Shown: positions 9,102 to 17,385, counted from the stretch's first letter. The stretch: DNA of 64,000 nucleotides from an uncultured Dehalococcoidaceae bacterium (GCA_964558675.1 CAZLEY010000007.1:88-64087); one strand, 5' to 3'. Numbers and translations are program-made. The notes: generated from the letters alone by a model not told the origin.

Positions 9102-10283
9102 TTAATATGGGGTGTCGAATTCGGATACTTCTATTGGCATCCAAGGATATTTTTGTGCAAGGGTTAGCAAACTAAAAAAAAGCCGTGTGTTACCCCAATA
9201 TTCGGGGAAGTCTCCCTTAGTGTCAGGGCATAAAGTGTCGTGTGTATTGGTATTCCACCAACTAGAGTCTTGCTCGCCTTCAAGACTAGCTGATACGCGG
9301 GCAACCGAGACAAATTTCCCTCTCGCAAGATTATCATTTGCGATAAGGTCTGTTTCTTCCGTAATAGTGCGGAGCAAGGACTCTATATCTGTTTTGATGG
9401 TATCGTGATGATCTTGGATTACATTGCGACTGAACAAAATCGAAACGGACTTAAGGAAATCGGGTTTCTCTGGGTTGTACCTATATGCAGAGGCCGGCGT
9501 TTCAGTTAGATAAGTAGCATATTTGGTGAGATTATTATAATTATCAAGTATGGAAGGAGTAATAAGATTAATAATTGCGTGTGTACAGTAAGTATGTGAG
9601 TACTTAGAGGTTGAGAGGATTCGCGATTTGTAGGCCATTGTTAAGGTTACCCATTGCTCGTCGTTGGATTGGTTGAGTTGGAGAGTACAGAGATCGGTTC
9701 CCAAAGGGCTGAGGGCTAGATACCACTTGTCCTGAGTATTTGTAGGCACAACATTGTAGCAGGAGCCAATTTGATTAAGACAATCTTCTACCCCAGTAAG
9801 CGCATGGCTTGCATTTTGCTTTATAAGCTCAACGTCATTTGACTTCATTGGGCGGAAATGTGCCAAAGAATTGCGTATGACGCCGATTTCATCGAGCTTA
9901 TGTTTGATAACTTGCTTGCTCGCTGGAAAATACGGTTTGAAATACTTCCAATAGTTTTCATCTGTGATAAGACGGATAAGCTCACCGCTTGTGAGGTGCA
10001 TCACCGGACAATTTATGACGTATCCCAGATAACCAAAGTCTTGTGCTTGATGGATTCGTTTCCTAGCGATGGATTTTATGGTGACTGTTTCCGCATCGTC
10101 ACTTGTGATATTAATATCGGCCCATTTGTCAAGCAATTGGTTTTTAAGAACTATATACACAAACACTCGAAGTGAATTCTCAATTCTGAATAAAGCGTTC
10201 AATGCCTCGTAATAGTGAATGTGAATCCAACTTTTTGGAATAACGGTCGCGTCATCTTTTTGACTCGCTGACTTCCACTTCAT
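9102..10283 (-). CDS. HEPN-domain protein (Abi_2 / Swt1-like layout), putative standalone defence RNase with an uncharacterised C-terminal half
   Basis: RNSLAH (Rx4H) is encoded at 9858-9875, with an upstream ENSLR motif. The gene is AT-rich and sits on the opposite strand to both neighbours. The likely start is ATG 10283, preceded by AAGGGTGG, rather than 10331. Confidence 0.5.
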   Translation of the reverse strand: MKWKSASQKDDATVIPKSWIHIHYYEALNALFRIENSLRVFVYIVLKNQLLDKWADINITSDDAETVTIKSIARKRIHQAQDFGYLGYVINCPVMHLTSGELIRLITDENYWKYFKPYFPASKQVIKHKLDEIGVIRNSLAHFRPMKSNDVELIKQNASHALTGVEDCLNQIGSCYNVVPTNTQDKWYLALSPLGTDLCTLQLNQSNDEQWVTLTMAYKSRILSTSKYSHTYCTHAIINLITPSILDNYNNLTKYATYLTETPASAYRYNPEKPDFLKSVSILFSRNVIQDHHDTIKTDIESLLRTITEETDLIANDNLARGKFVSVARVSASLEGEQDSSWWNTNTHDTLCPDTKGDFPEYWGNTRLFFSLLTLAQKYPWMPIEVSEFDTPY

Positions 10284-10383
10284 CAATAACCACCCTTCAT
10301 CCAAAAGAGGGAAAACAGCAATTATAGACATGGTACACGAGAAGCAATACCGTAGTCAAGCAAATAAAAAGAGGTGAACTTAC

Positions 10384-10560
10384 CTGAGAGGGGCTTCGCC
10401 ACTCTAAAAATTGTTATCTTCCCTCCCCCAATAAAAGGGGTGGGGGTGGCTTTTCACGGGTCAGGCCCCAGATGCCGCGAGGGCGGTAGGGTGGGAAAAG
10501 ATAACTTGGATTGTGGTGGGGGGGGGATAGGTCACCACTATAAAAAATCCCCATTTCCTT
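10384..10560. repeat. Mosaic intergenic repeat cluster R3 (module A inverted)
   Basis: GATGCCGCGAGGGCGGTAGGGTGGGAAAAGATAAC (10471-10505) is the reverse complement of the TATCT(A/T)TTCCCACCC..CCGCCCTCGC module seen at 42717-42752 and 46951-46988. Confidence 0.75.
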
Positions 10561-10592
10561 TTGCCCGTAAATTCCAGTAAAATAACCTTGAA

Positions 10593-13184
10593 ATGAAAGA
10601 AAGCCAGACCCCCATCCGCCAGCAGTACCTGAGGATAAAGAAACAGTACCCCGGGGCCATCGTGCTGTTCCGACTGGGCGATTTCTACGAGACCTTTGAC
10701 GAGGATGCCCGGATAGCCTCGCGGGAACTGGAGATTGTCCTGACCTCACGGGAGATGGGGAAGGGGAACAAGGTGCCCTTGGCCGGCATTCCCTACCATG
10801 CCCTGGACAGCTACCTTGCCAGGCTGATAAACCGCGGTTACAAGGTGGCCATCTGTGAGCAGGTGACCAAGCCGGGCGAGACGAAAGGCCTTGTCGAACG
10901 CGAGGTCGTCCGCCTGGTGACGCCGGGCACGGTGGTAGAGCCGAGCCTGCTGGAGAGTAAGGCCAACAACTACCTGGCCGGCGTGGTCGTGGGCGAGGGG
11001 GAGGTGGGGTTGGCTTTTGTTGACATCACCACCAGCGAGTTTTGTACAACCCAGTTACCGCTGAATAGGGCCGTAACGGAGCTGGAACGCCTCGGCCCTT
11101 CGGAGATTATCGCCTCCCGGAGTGCCGAGCTTGATATTCTGGAGATATCCGATTCGGTAACGCGACTTGACGATTACTGGTTTGAACTGGAGATAGCCCG
11201 GCAGAGTCTGCTTGACCATTTCAGCGCCGCCTCGCTCGAAGGCTACGGCTGCGCTCACCTGCCGCTGGCGGTCAGGGCTGCCGGCGCCGTCGTTCACTAT
11301 GTCGAGGAAACCCAGAGGAGCGTGCTGGGACAGCTTAACAGCCTCTCCACCTACAGCACCGATAGCTTTATGGCGCTGGATGTGCAGACCCAGAGGAACC
11401 TGGAGCTGTTCCGGGGCGCCCGTTCGGGGACGGATGAAGGCTCGCTGCTTTCGGTAATCGACCTGACAGTGACACCGATGGGCGGTAGACTGCTGAGAAA
11501 ATGGCTGGGGCAACCTCTGCTTGATACGGCGGAACTGAGTCACCGGCAGGACGCCATCGGCTGGTTCGCCGACAGGTCGCTGGAGCGTAAGAAGACTATC
11601 TCAATGCTGGGTGGGGTAGCCGACCTGGAGCGGTTGGTCAACCGTATCAGTGGGGAGGTGGCTATCCCCCGCGAGCTGGTCGCACTGCGGCGGAGCCTGG
11701 AGGCAGTGCCCAAGCTGAGGGAGATAATCGAGGTTGACGGTGAGGACAGCGCTATAGACCGGCTGAAAGATGATATCAAGCCCTGCCCGGAGGTCGTTGA
11801 ATTAATCGCCGGGGCCATCGTCGACGAGCCTTCTTCCAGTCTGGGTGAAGGAGGGGTCATACGTCCCGGCTTCGCCGAGGAACTGGACAGCCTGCGGCTG
11901 GCGTCCGGGAACGCCAAGAAGTACCTGGCTAACCTTGAGCTTCAGGAGAGGGAAAAGACCGGAATAAAGTCGCTGAAGATAGGCTTCAATAACGTCTTCG
12001 GCTATTATATCGAGGTGTCCAAAGCCAACCTGAGCCAGGTGCCGGAGCACTATATCCGCAAGCAGACGCTGGTCAACGGCGAGCGTTACTTCACACCGGA
12101 GCTCAAGGAGTACGAGTCGCTGATTCTGAACGCGCGCGACCGCATGGCTGAGATGGAGACAGACCTCTTCCGGCGGGTGTGCCGTCAGGTAGCCTCAGCC
12201 AGTGAACGCATCCTGGCGTTAGCCGGGGCCCTGGCGAATGTGGACGTCTTTTCGGCCCTGGCCGAGGTCGCCGTACGCCACAACTATATCCGCCCCCTCT
12301 TGAACGAGGGCAACGAGATAGATATTCAACAGGGTCGCCATCCGGTTGTCGAGAGTCCTTCCCCTGGAAGGATTGATGAGGGCAGCTTCGTACCCAATGA
12401 CATTCATCTGTCCAACGATGACGCCCAGCTAATCGTGCTCACCGGCCCGAATATGTCGGGGAAGTCCACTTATTTAAGGCAGGTTGCCCTTATCGTGCTT
12501 CTGGCGCAAATCGGCAGCTTCGTGCCTGCCGAGGCGGCTATCATCGGCGTCGTCGACCGCATTTTCACGCGCATCGGCGCAAGGGACGACCTGGCGGCGG
12601 GGCAGTCTACCTTCATGGTGGAAATGGTGGAAACGGCCAATATCCTCAATAACGCCACCCCCCGCTCCCTCCTCATCCTCGACGAGATAGGGCGGGGCAC
12701 CAGCACCTATGACGGACTCTCCATTGCCCGCGCCGTCGCCGAGTATATCCATAACCACGCCGGACTCGGCGCCAAGACCGTTTTCGCCACCCATTACCAC
12801 GAGATGGTGGCGCTGGCCGGCTTTCTGCCGAGGGTTCGAAATTATAACGTGGCGGTGATTGAAGAGGCCGGCAAGGTGATATTTCTGCACAGGATTGTGC
12901 CCGGCGGGGTGGACAAGAGCTATGGCATCCACGTGGCGCAGCTGGCAGGCCTGCCCAGGTCGGTATTGCACCGCGCCCGTGAGGTCCTCGACGAGCTTGA
13001 GAGCGGCAGCCGGGAAGCTAAACCCGCCGGAAAACGGCGTAAAGAGCCGGCGGCGCAGATACCTTTGTTCGGGCAGAAGTCGGCCGTGCAGGAAGAAATT
13101 GAAAACCTTGACATCGACGGCATGACGCCGCTGGAGGCGTTGAATAAGCTGTATGAGCTAAAGAAGAAGGCGGGGGAGGGGTGA
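10593..13184 (+). CDS. mutS: DNA mismatch repair protein MutS
   Basis: 863 aa. N-terminal MKESQTPIRQQYLRIK, Walker A GPNMSGKST, and DEIGRGTSTYDG. Confidence 0.95.
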   Translation: MKESQTPIRQQYLRIKKQYPGAIVLFRLGDFYETFDEDARIASRELEIVLTSREMGKGNKVPLAGIPYHALDSYLARLINRGYKVAICEQVTKPGETKGLVEREVVRLVTPGTVVEPSLLESKANNYLAGVVVGEGEVGLAFVDITTSEFCTTQLPLNRAVTELERLGPSEIIASRSAELDILEISDSVTRLDDYWFELEIARQSLLDHFSAASLEGYGCAHLPLAVRAAGAVVHYVEETQRSVLGQLNSLSTYSTDSFMALDVQTQRNLELFRGARSGTDEGSLLSVIDLTVTPMGGRLLRKWLGQPLLDTAELSHRQDAIGWFADRSLERKKTISMLGGVADLERLVNRISGEVAIPRELVALRRSLEAVPKLREIIEVDGEDSAIDRLKDDIKPCPEVVELIAGAIVDEPSSSLGEGGVIRPGFAEELDSLRLASGNAKKYLANLELQEREKTGIKSLKIGFNNVFGYYIEVSKANLSQVPEHYIRKQTLVNGERYFTPELKEYESLILNARDRMAEMETDLFRRVCRQVASASERILALAGALANVDVFSALAEVAVRHNYIRPLLNEGNEIDIQQGRHPVVESPSPGRIDEGSFVPNDIHLSNDDAQLIVLTGPNMSGKSTYLRQVALIVLLAQIGSFVPAEAAIIGVVDRIFTRIGARDDLAAGQSTFMVEMVETANILNNATPRSLLILDEIGRGTSTYDGLSIARAVAEYIHNHAGLGAKTVFATHYHEMVALAGFLPRVRNYNVAVIEEAGKVIFLHRIVPGGVDKSYGIHVAQLAGLPRSVLHRAREVLDELESGSREAKPAGKRRKEPAAQIPLFGQKSAVQEEIENLDIDGMTPLEALNKLYELKKKAGEG

Positions 13185-13206
13185 AGAGAACTAATGAACC
13201 ATCACA

Positions 13207-13254
13207 GTATTGACAAATGTATTGACAAAAGTGTTAACAAATGTGTTGACAAAT
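13207..13254 (+). repeat. Tandem array of four 12-bp GT(A/G)TT(G/A)ACAAA(T/A) units (iterated -35-like boxes)
   Basis: gtattgacaaat / gtattgacaaaa / gtgttaacaaat / gtgttgacaaat, read directly from the sequence. Confidence 0.9.
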
Positions 13255-13274
13255 ATATGTATATATTATATACT
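13246..13274 (+). promoter_or_regulatory. Near-consensus sigma-70-type promoter for the NYN gene
   Basis: TTGACA (13246-13251, the last repeat unit), a 17-nt alternating A/T spacer, and TATACT (13269-13274). Confidence 0.5.
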
Positions 13275-13349
13275 TAGCAGTACTTGATCCCCGCCTGCTG
13301 GATGTGGTTTTGGCCATGTCCCCGGGCGGGTGTTTTTTTAAGGGGTAGT

Positions 13350-13940
13350 ATGCGCACCATAGTCTTTATTGATGGTCAGAATCTCTATCATGGGGCAAAA
13401 GACGCTTGGAGGCCATTACCTCCTGTTGGGACTTCAAAATACTCATATCCCAGCTATGATGTGGAGAAATTCGCTAAAGTATTGGTATCTAGAGTTCCTG
13501 GACGTGTGCTTGCACAAATACGTTTTTATACTGGTGTTCCAGACCCTAATCTGGGAGATACAGAAAAATTTTGGCATTCCTTTTGGACGAGTAAACTCAG
13601 GTATTTAAAAAGTCGGGGTATTGAAATTTACAAAGGACGAATAAATCATGGGCAAGAGAAGGGAGTTGACGTTAGTATAGCCATTGACTTAGTAAGGTTA
13701 ACCTATGAAGAGCAATACGAAGTGGCTATCATTGTAAGCCAAGATTGGGATTTTGGACCAGCTATTCGTCTTGCTAAGGAGATAGCAAAAAATCAAGGCC
13801 GCCAGCTTGTCTTTGAATCTTGCTTCCCTGTTGGTCAGGGAACTAAGTCAGAGCGGGGCATCCCGGGTACAGTTTGGGTTCCAATTGACCAGACTACCTA
13901 TGATGCCTGTTATGACCCCAGAGATTATCGAAGGCTATAG
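13350..13940 (+). CDS. NYN-domain (LabA-like) putative ribonuclease
   Basis: MRTIVFIDGQNLYHG, QEKGVDVSIAIDLV and IIVSQDWDFGPAI match the NYN acidic-residue pattern. ATG 13350 lies behind AAGGGG. The 22 codons upstream in the tracked ORF look non-coding. Confidence 0.7.
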   Translation: MRTIVFIDGQNLYHGAKDAWRPLPPVGTSKYSYPSYDVEKFAKVLVSRVPGRVLAQIRFYTGVPDPNLGDTEKFWHSFWTSKLRYLKSRGIEIYKGRINHGQEKGVDVSIAIDLVRLTYEEQYEVAIIVSQDWDFGPAIRLAKEIAKNQGRQLVFESCFPVGQGTKSERGIPGTVWVPIDQTTYDACYDPRDYRRL

Positions 13941-13974
13941 ATTTGATACGTTTATTTCCCAGTCTTTTCTCACC

Positions 13975-14200
13975 CACCCCCTCCCCTCTTCCTATCTTAT
14001 CTATTCCCACCCACCGCCCCGGGAAATCCTTCTCTTTCTCCCTTTATTAAAGGGAGACGAACTATTTTCTGTGAAGTATTGTCCCCCTTTGAAAAAGGGG
14101 GATTAAGGGGGATTTATTATGGGTTAAGCCGCGGGTGAACCGAGGGTGGGCAGGGTGGGAAGTAAAACCTGCGAAGGGGGCTTGGGGTGGAAAAAAGAGG
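13975..14200. repeat. Mosaic intergenic repeat cluster R4 (modules A, B and an inverted A-like copy)
   Basis: TCTTATCTATTCCCACCCACCGCCCC (13995-14020), CCCCCTTTGAAAAAGGGGGATTAAGGGGGATTT (14083-14115), and GGGTGGGCAGGGTGGGAAGTAAAA (14143-14166). Confidence 0.8.
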
Positions 14201-14290
14201 GGTGAGGCTCACTATATAAAAGAAGTGGCGAGGACTGGCGACTTCGGGTAAAATATATTGTAGTTTATATTTTAAGAAAGGAGAACAGAC

Positions 14291-14890
14291 ATGAAAATCC
14301 TGGGTCTTTCCTGCAGTCCGAGAAAAGACGGCAACACCGTAGCACTTATGAATGAGGTGCTTAAAGGGGCCAAGCAGGACGGGGCGGAGATAGAACTCTA
14401 CAGCGCCTACGGTAAAAACTTCCAGCCCTGCGACGGCTGCTGGGGATGCATGAAAACTGGCAAGTGCCACATCAAGGACGATATGCAGGGTCTTTATGAT
14501 AAGCTGGTAGAAGCCGATGGCATAGTCTTCGGCGCCCCGGTATATTTCTACGGCATGGCAGCCCAGGCCAAGACTATCATTGACCGGTCAATCGCCCTGA
14601 ATCCGTCCGGGGGCCTGGCCAACAAGGTGGGGGGTGTCGTCACGGTGTGCGGCAGCCTCGGACTTATCGACGTCCTCAAGGATTTATATTTCTATATTGT
14701 CACGCGGCCCATGCTGCCCGCCCGGTTTGTCGCCGCTTATGCCGGACCGGACGGGGTCAGTGGACTGGAACAGTGCCTGAAGGCGTGTTTCGACCTCGGA
14801 AGGCAGATGGTGGCGCTGGCGAAGATGAATTTCAAGTACCCGGAGGAGTTAACGGGACGTGCCATTGCTTTCGGGACGCATACGAAGTAG
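14291..14890 (+). CDS. Iron-sulfur flavoprotein / NADPH-dependent FMN reductase family
   Basis: MKILGLSCSPRKDGNT flavodoxin-like N-terminus plus a compact CX2CX2CX5C motif (CDGCWGCMKTGKC), as in Isf-type proteins. Confidence 0.75.
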   Translation: MKILGLSCSPRKDGNTVALMNEVLKGAKQDGAEIELYSAYGKNFQPCDGCWGCMKTGKCHIKDDMQGLYDKLVEADGIVFGAPVYFYGMAAQAKTIIDRSIALNPSGGLANKVGGVVTVCGSLGLIDVLKDLYFYIVTRPMLPARFVAAYAGPDGVSGLEQCLKACFDLGRQMVALAKMNFKYPEELTGRAIAFGTHTK

Positions 14891-14894
14891 GTAA

Positions 14895-15045
14895 AGGGGG
14901 GAGGGGTCGCTCAGCGACCCCTCAAGCTCCCCCATGTCTATCTTTTCCCACCCGCACCGCCCTTGGTGCATCTGCGGCTAATCCCTTAGTTTTATTCCCC
15001 GCCGCCCCACAGGGTTTACATAGAGGGTGAGGTTACAGATTAAAT
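14895..15045. repeat. Mosaic intergenic repeat cluster R5
   Basis: Hairpin GAGGGGTCGC-tca-GCGACCCCTC, module A TCTATCTTTTCCCACCCGCACCGCCC (14937-14962), and AGAGGGTGAGGTTA. Confidence 0.7.
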
Positions 15046-15289
15046 GTCAGGGGGTGGGTGGTGCCGAGTCAAAGGGTTTGTCAAACCTTACCACAGAATT
15101 GTCGTCTAAAGGTGAGAAGGAGCGCCGCCGAAATATATTAATTAGTTCTTAACATTCTTGGGGTAAAGTAAAGATAATGGAGGTCGGTCATACCAAAATA
15201 CGGGGTTAGCCTCCATAAAAGGTACGGGCTGACAGTATTTCCAGGCGAGCCTTTTCTATGTTAAAATATAAAAAAGAGCGGGGTAACGT

Positions 15290-15336
15290 AATACTACCCT
15301 GAATCGTTATATTTAATAAGGGTAGTATTTTTTTGT
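15290..15336 (+). terminator. Strong orphan intrinsic terminator in a 558-bp non-coding gap
   Basis: An 11-bp perfect stem, AATACTACCCT (15290-15300) with AGGGTAGTATT (15319-15329), followed by a T-run. It is preceded by the extended -10-like TGTTAAAAT. Confidence 0.6.
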
Positions 15337-15447
15337 GACTTTTTTGTGAGGTTTTATCCCGCTGGTGAGATAGCGTTGTGGTGTGCTCTTGGTAAGATAT
15401 TAAGCAATCTCGCCTTTTCTCAAGGTTGATTGCTACAATAAAAAATT

Positions 15448-16233
15448 ATGAACAATGTATGTAGCCGAAAAATGAACGTAGACGGACTTGACGTTCGCTA
15501 CTATACCGCCGGACAGGGAGACCCGCTGGTGGTGGTTCACGGCGGTGGCGGTGATGCCAGGACCTGGTTGAGCAATATTGAAGCGCTCTCGGATAAGTAC
15601 ACGGTTTACGCGCCTGACCTTCCCGGTTATGGGGCCAGCCAGCCGCTGAATGGCAGTTACTATATACCGGAACTGGCGAAATTCGTTGACGGTTTTTCAG
15701 ACAACCTGGGACTTGATAGTTTCTACCTGGTGGGTCATTCTCTGGGGGGTGGTATTGCCCTCAACTATGCGCTTGAATACCCTCGCAGAATAAAAAAACT
15801 GGTGCTGGTAAGCAGCCTGTGTCTGGGGAGGGAAATCGCTCTGTGGGTCAGGCTGCTGTCGATACCGGCCTTGCTGAGGTCCATAGGGTCAATTACAATG
15901 GCAGTGCTGAAGACTGTCAAATGGCTGGTCCAGACTTTCATGGAGCAGGTTGAATTCATCATGCCGCTTTCCCCGGCTAGCATGATCATAGGCGGCAGTA
16001 TCACCACGCTTAAAGAACAGACTCTGGTGCTGGCCAACCGCCTTTCGGAAGTATTGATGCCGACTCTGCTGGTGTGGGGGGCTAAAGACCCGATTGTTCC
16101 GGTAAGGCATGCCTATGCCGCGGCACAGGTGATTCCTCATTGCCAGTTGAAAGTCTTTAAAAACTGCGGCCACAATGTCCACCGCGATGAGATTCGTGAG
16201 TTTTCTGATATCCTGACGGGATTTCTTGGCTAG
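15448..16233 (+). CDS. Alpha/beta-fold hydrolase
   Basis: 261 aa. Oxyanion-hole VVVHGGGG, nucleophile elbow GHSLGG, and a C-terminal GH. Confidence 0.8.
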   Translation: MNNVCSRKMNVDGLDVRYYTAGQGDPLVVVHGGGGDARTWLSNIEALSDKYTVYAPDLPGYGASQPLNGSYYIPELAKFVDGFSDNLGLDSFYLVGHSLGGGIALNYALEYPRRIKKLVLVSSLCLGREIALWVRLLSIPALLRSIGSITMAVLKTVKWLVQTFMEQVEFIMPLSPASMIIGGSITTLKEQTLVLANRLSEVLMPTLLVWGAKDPIVPVRHAYAAAQVIPHCQLKVFKNCGHNVHRDEIREFSDILTGFLG

Positions 16234-16790
16234 GCGTCCTCTTCGGCCCTGTAAGCTTGCTGATATTCCCTGAATTCCTGCACGATATCTTTGTGTCTGA
16301 CGAGGGCACCGCCGATGCCATACTGCTTGCTGAGCCGCAGAGGCACACAGCAGCAGGAACAGCAATTGCATATGGCGTAGAAATCACCCCGGCATTTGAT
16401 AACGGTATGGATAAGTCCTCTCCGGTGGCAGTCCTGCAATATTTCTCGGGCTTCTTCTCTGGTTATTTCGTGAGAATCATGCGGCATGGACTCCAGGAGG
16501 ATATGCCGGGTGGGCCCGAGCATTATCTCGACGTCTATGGGATTATCACAGTTATGAAATACTGTCCGGCAGGTGCATGGACCGACAGCTACGCCGTCGG
16601 CGGTGTTCACTAGGTCCTGCGCTTCCGCCGGCGTGAGCAGATAGGCGCCGTGCATGTTGCCGCCATAGGTGTTGGCTACCCACCTGACTAGATGACCAAT
16701 CAGGGGTATCTTGGTCCACCGGGCGAAGAATATGTAGACCTTGAGGAACCACGGGCGTCGCTTGTTATAGAACTTAAGAGTATGATGCAT
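16230..16790 (-). CDS. Cysteine-rich hypothetical protein (putative Fe-S or metal binding)
   Basis: CTCRTVFHNC and CRGDFYAICNCCSCCCV clusters. ATG 16790 avoids overlap with the upstream gene, whereas the tracked ORF starts at 16865. Confidence 0.5.
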   Translation of the reverse strand: MHHTLKFYNKRRPWFLKVYIFFARWTKIPLIGHLVRWVANTYGGNMHGAYLLTPAEAQDLVNTADGVAVGPCTCRTVFHNCDNPIDVEIMLGPTRHILLESMPHDSHEITREEAREILQDCHRRGLIHTVIKCRGDFYAICNCCSCCCVPLRLSKQYGIGGALVRHKDIVQEFREYQQAYRAEEDA

Positions 16791-16806
16791 GATTAAATCC
16801 CACGGA

Positions 16807-17385
16807 TTAAAGGCGTGGTTTGCATATAATCTCCTTAACCCTGAGGTTGAACAAGCGGTGGACATAATTGGGCTTTACCACCACGGCGGTATCGGCGCCC
16901 CTCCCGGTCCCGGCTATAGAGATAATTTCTTTATCTGTACGCACCAGACCGGCATCAGCCGCCATGGCGGCTATCTCGCAGACTACCTTCATACCCTGGC
17001 CGAACATCCTGAGGGTCATGGCGATGACATCACCGATAACGGGTAATGGGGCCGGAGGGCCATCGCCGCGGCCCAGCGAGCGGTGGACACCGCCGAAAGC
17101 ATGAGTTGCCGTTAGTATTACGCCGCCTTTACTCTCGACGATTTTCCGGTTCTCTTCGGTAAACTCCTGTGTATCCGGTTCACGGAAGCCGGCGGTATGG
17201 GTAACTACGATTGCTTCATAACCTTGGAAGACATCCATCGCTTTAACGGCGGTCCCGCCGACCGTTGACGCCACCACAATCGTCTTGATGCCCAGTTCCT
17301 CCGCACGCTGCCGTGCCAGCGCTAATGTCTTATCAGTATTTTCATCACCGCCGGGCTTATCGTAGTAGGTTATTTTTAATTCCAT
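16807..17385 (-). CDS. Pyruvate-kinase C-terminal (alpha/beta) domain-like protein
   Basis: 192 aa. MELKITYYDKPGGDENT...IVVASTVGGTA resembles the small archaeal/bacterial PK_C-like family as I remember it. Confidence 0.55.
   Translation of the reverse strand: MELKITYYDKPGGDENTDKTLALARQRAEELGIKTIVVASTVGGTAVKAMDVFQGYEAIVVTHTAGFREPDTQEFTEENRKIVESKGGVILTATHAFGGVHRSLGRGDGPPAPLPVIGDVIAMTLRMFGQGMKVVCEIAAMAADAGLVRTDKEIISIAGTGRGADTAVVVKPNYVHRLFNLRVKEIICKPRL

Noticed and set aside
10374-10749. ORFs 10374-10580 (+) and 10414-10749 (-), both G/P/R-rich.
   Set aside because: They are translations of repeat cluster R3 and of the mutS 5' region. They are low-complexity, lack start context and overlap each other.
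13284-13349. N-terminal extension of the NYN ORF (MIPACWMWFWPCPRAGVFLRGS).
   Set aside because: The extension starts with TTG, is W/C-rich, and spans a hairpin and T-run (13290-13348). ATG 13350, with AAGGGG upstream, begins exactly at the conserved NYN core.
13807-15030. ORFs 13807-14106 (+), 14117-14470 (-) and 14647-15030 (+).
   Set aside because: They are made of repeat clusters R4 and R5 or are out of frame with the NYN and flavoprotein genes. Their peptides are P/S/L-rich repeat translations.
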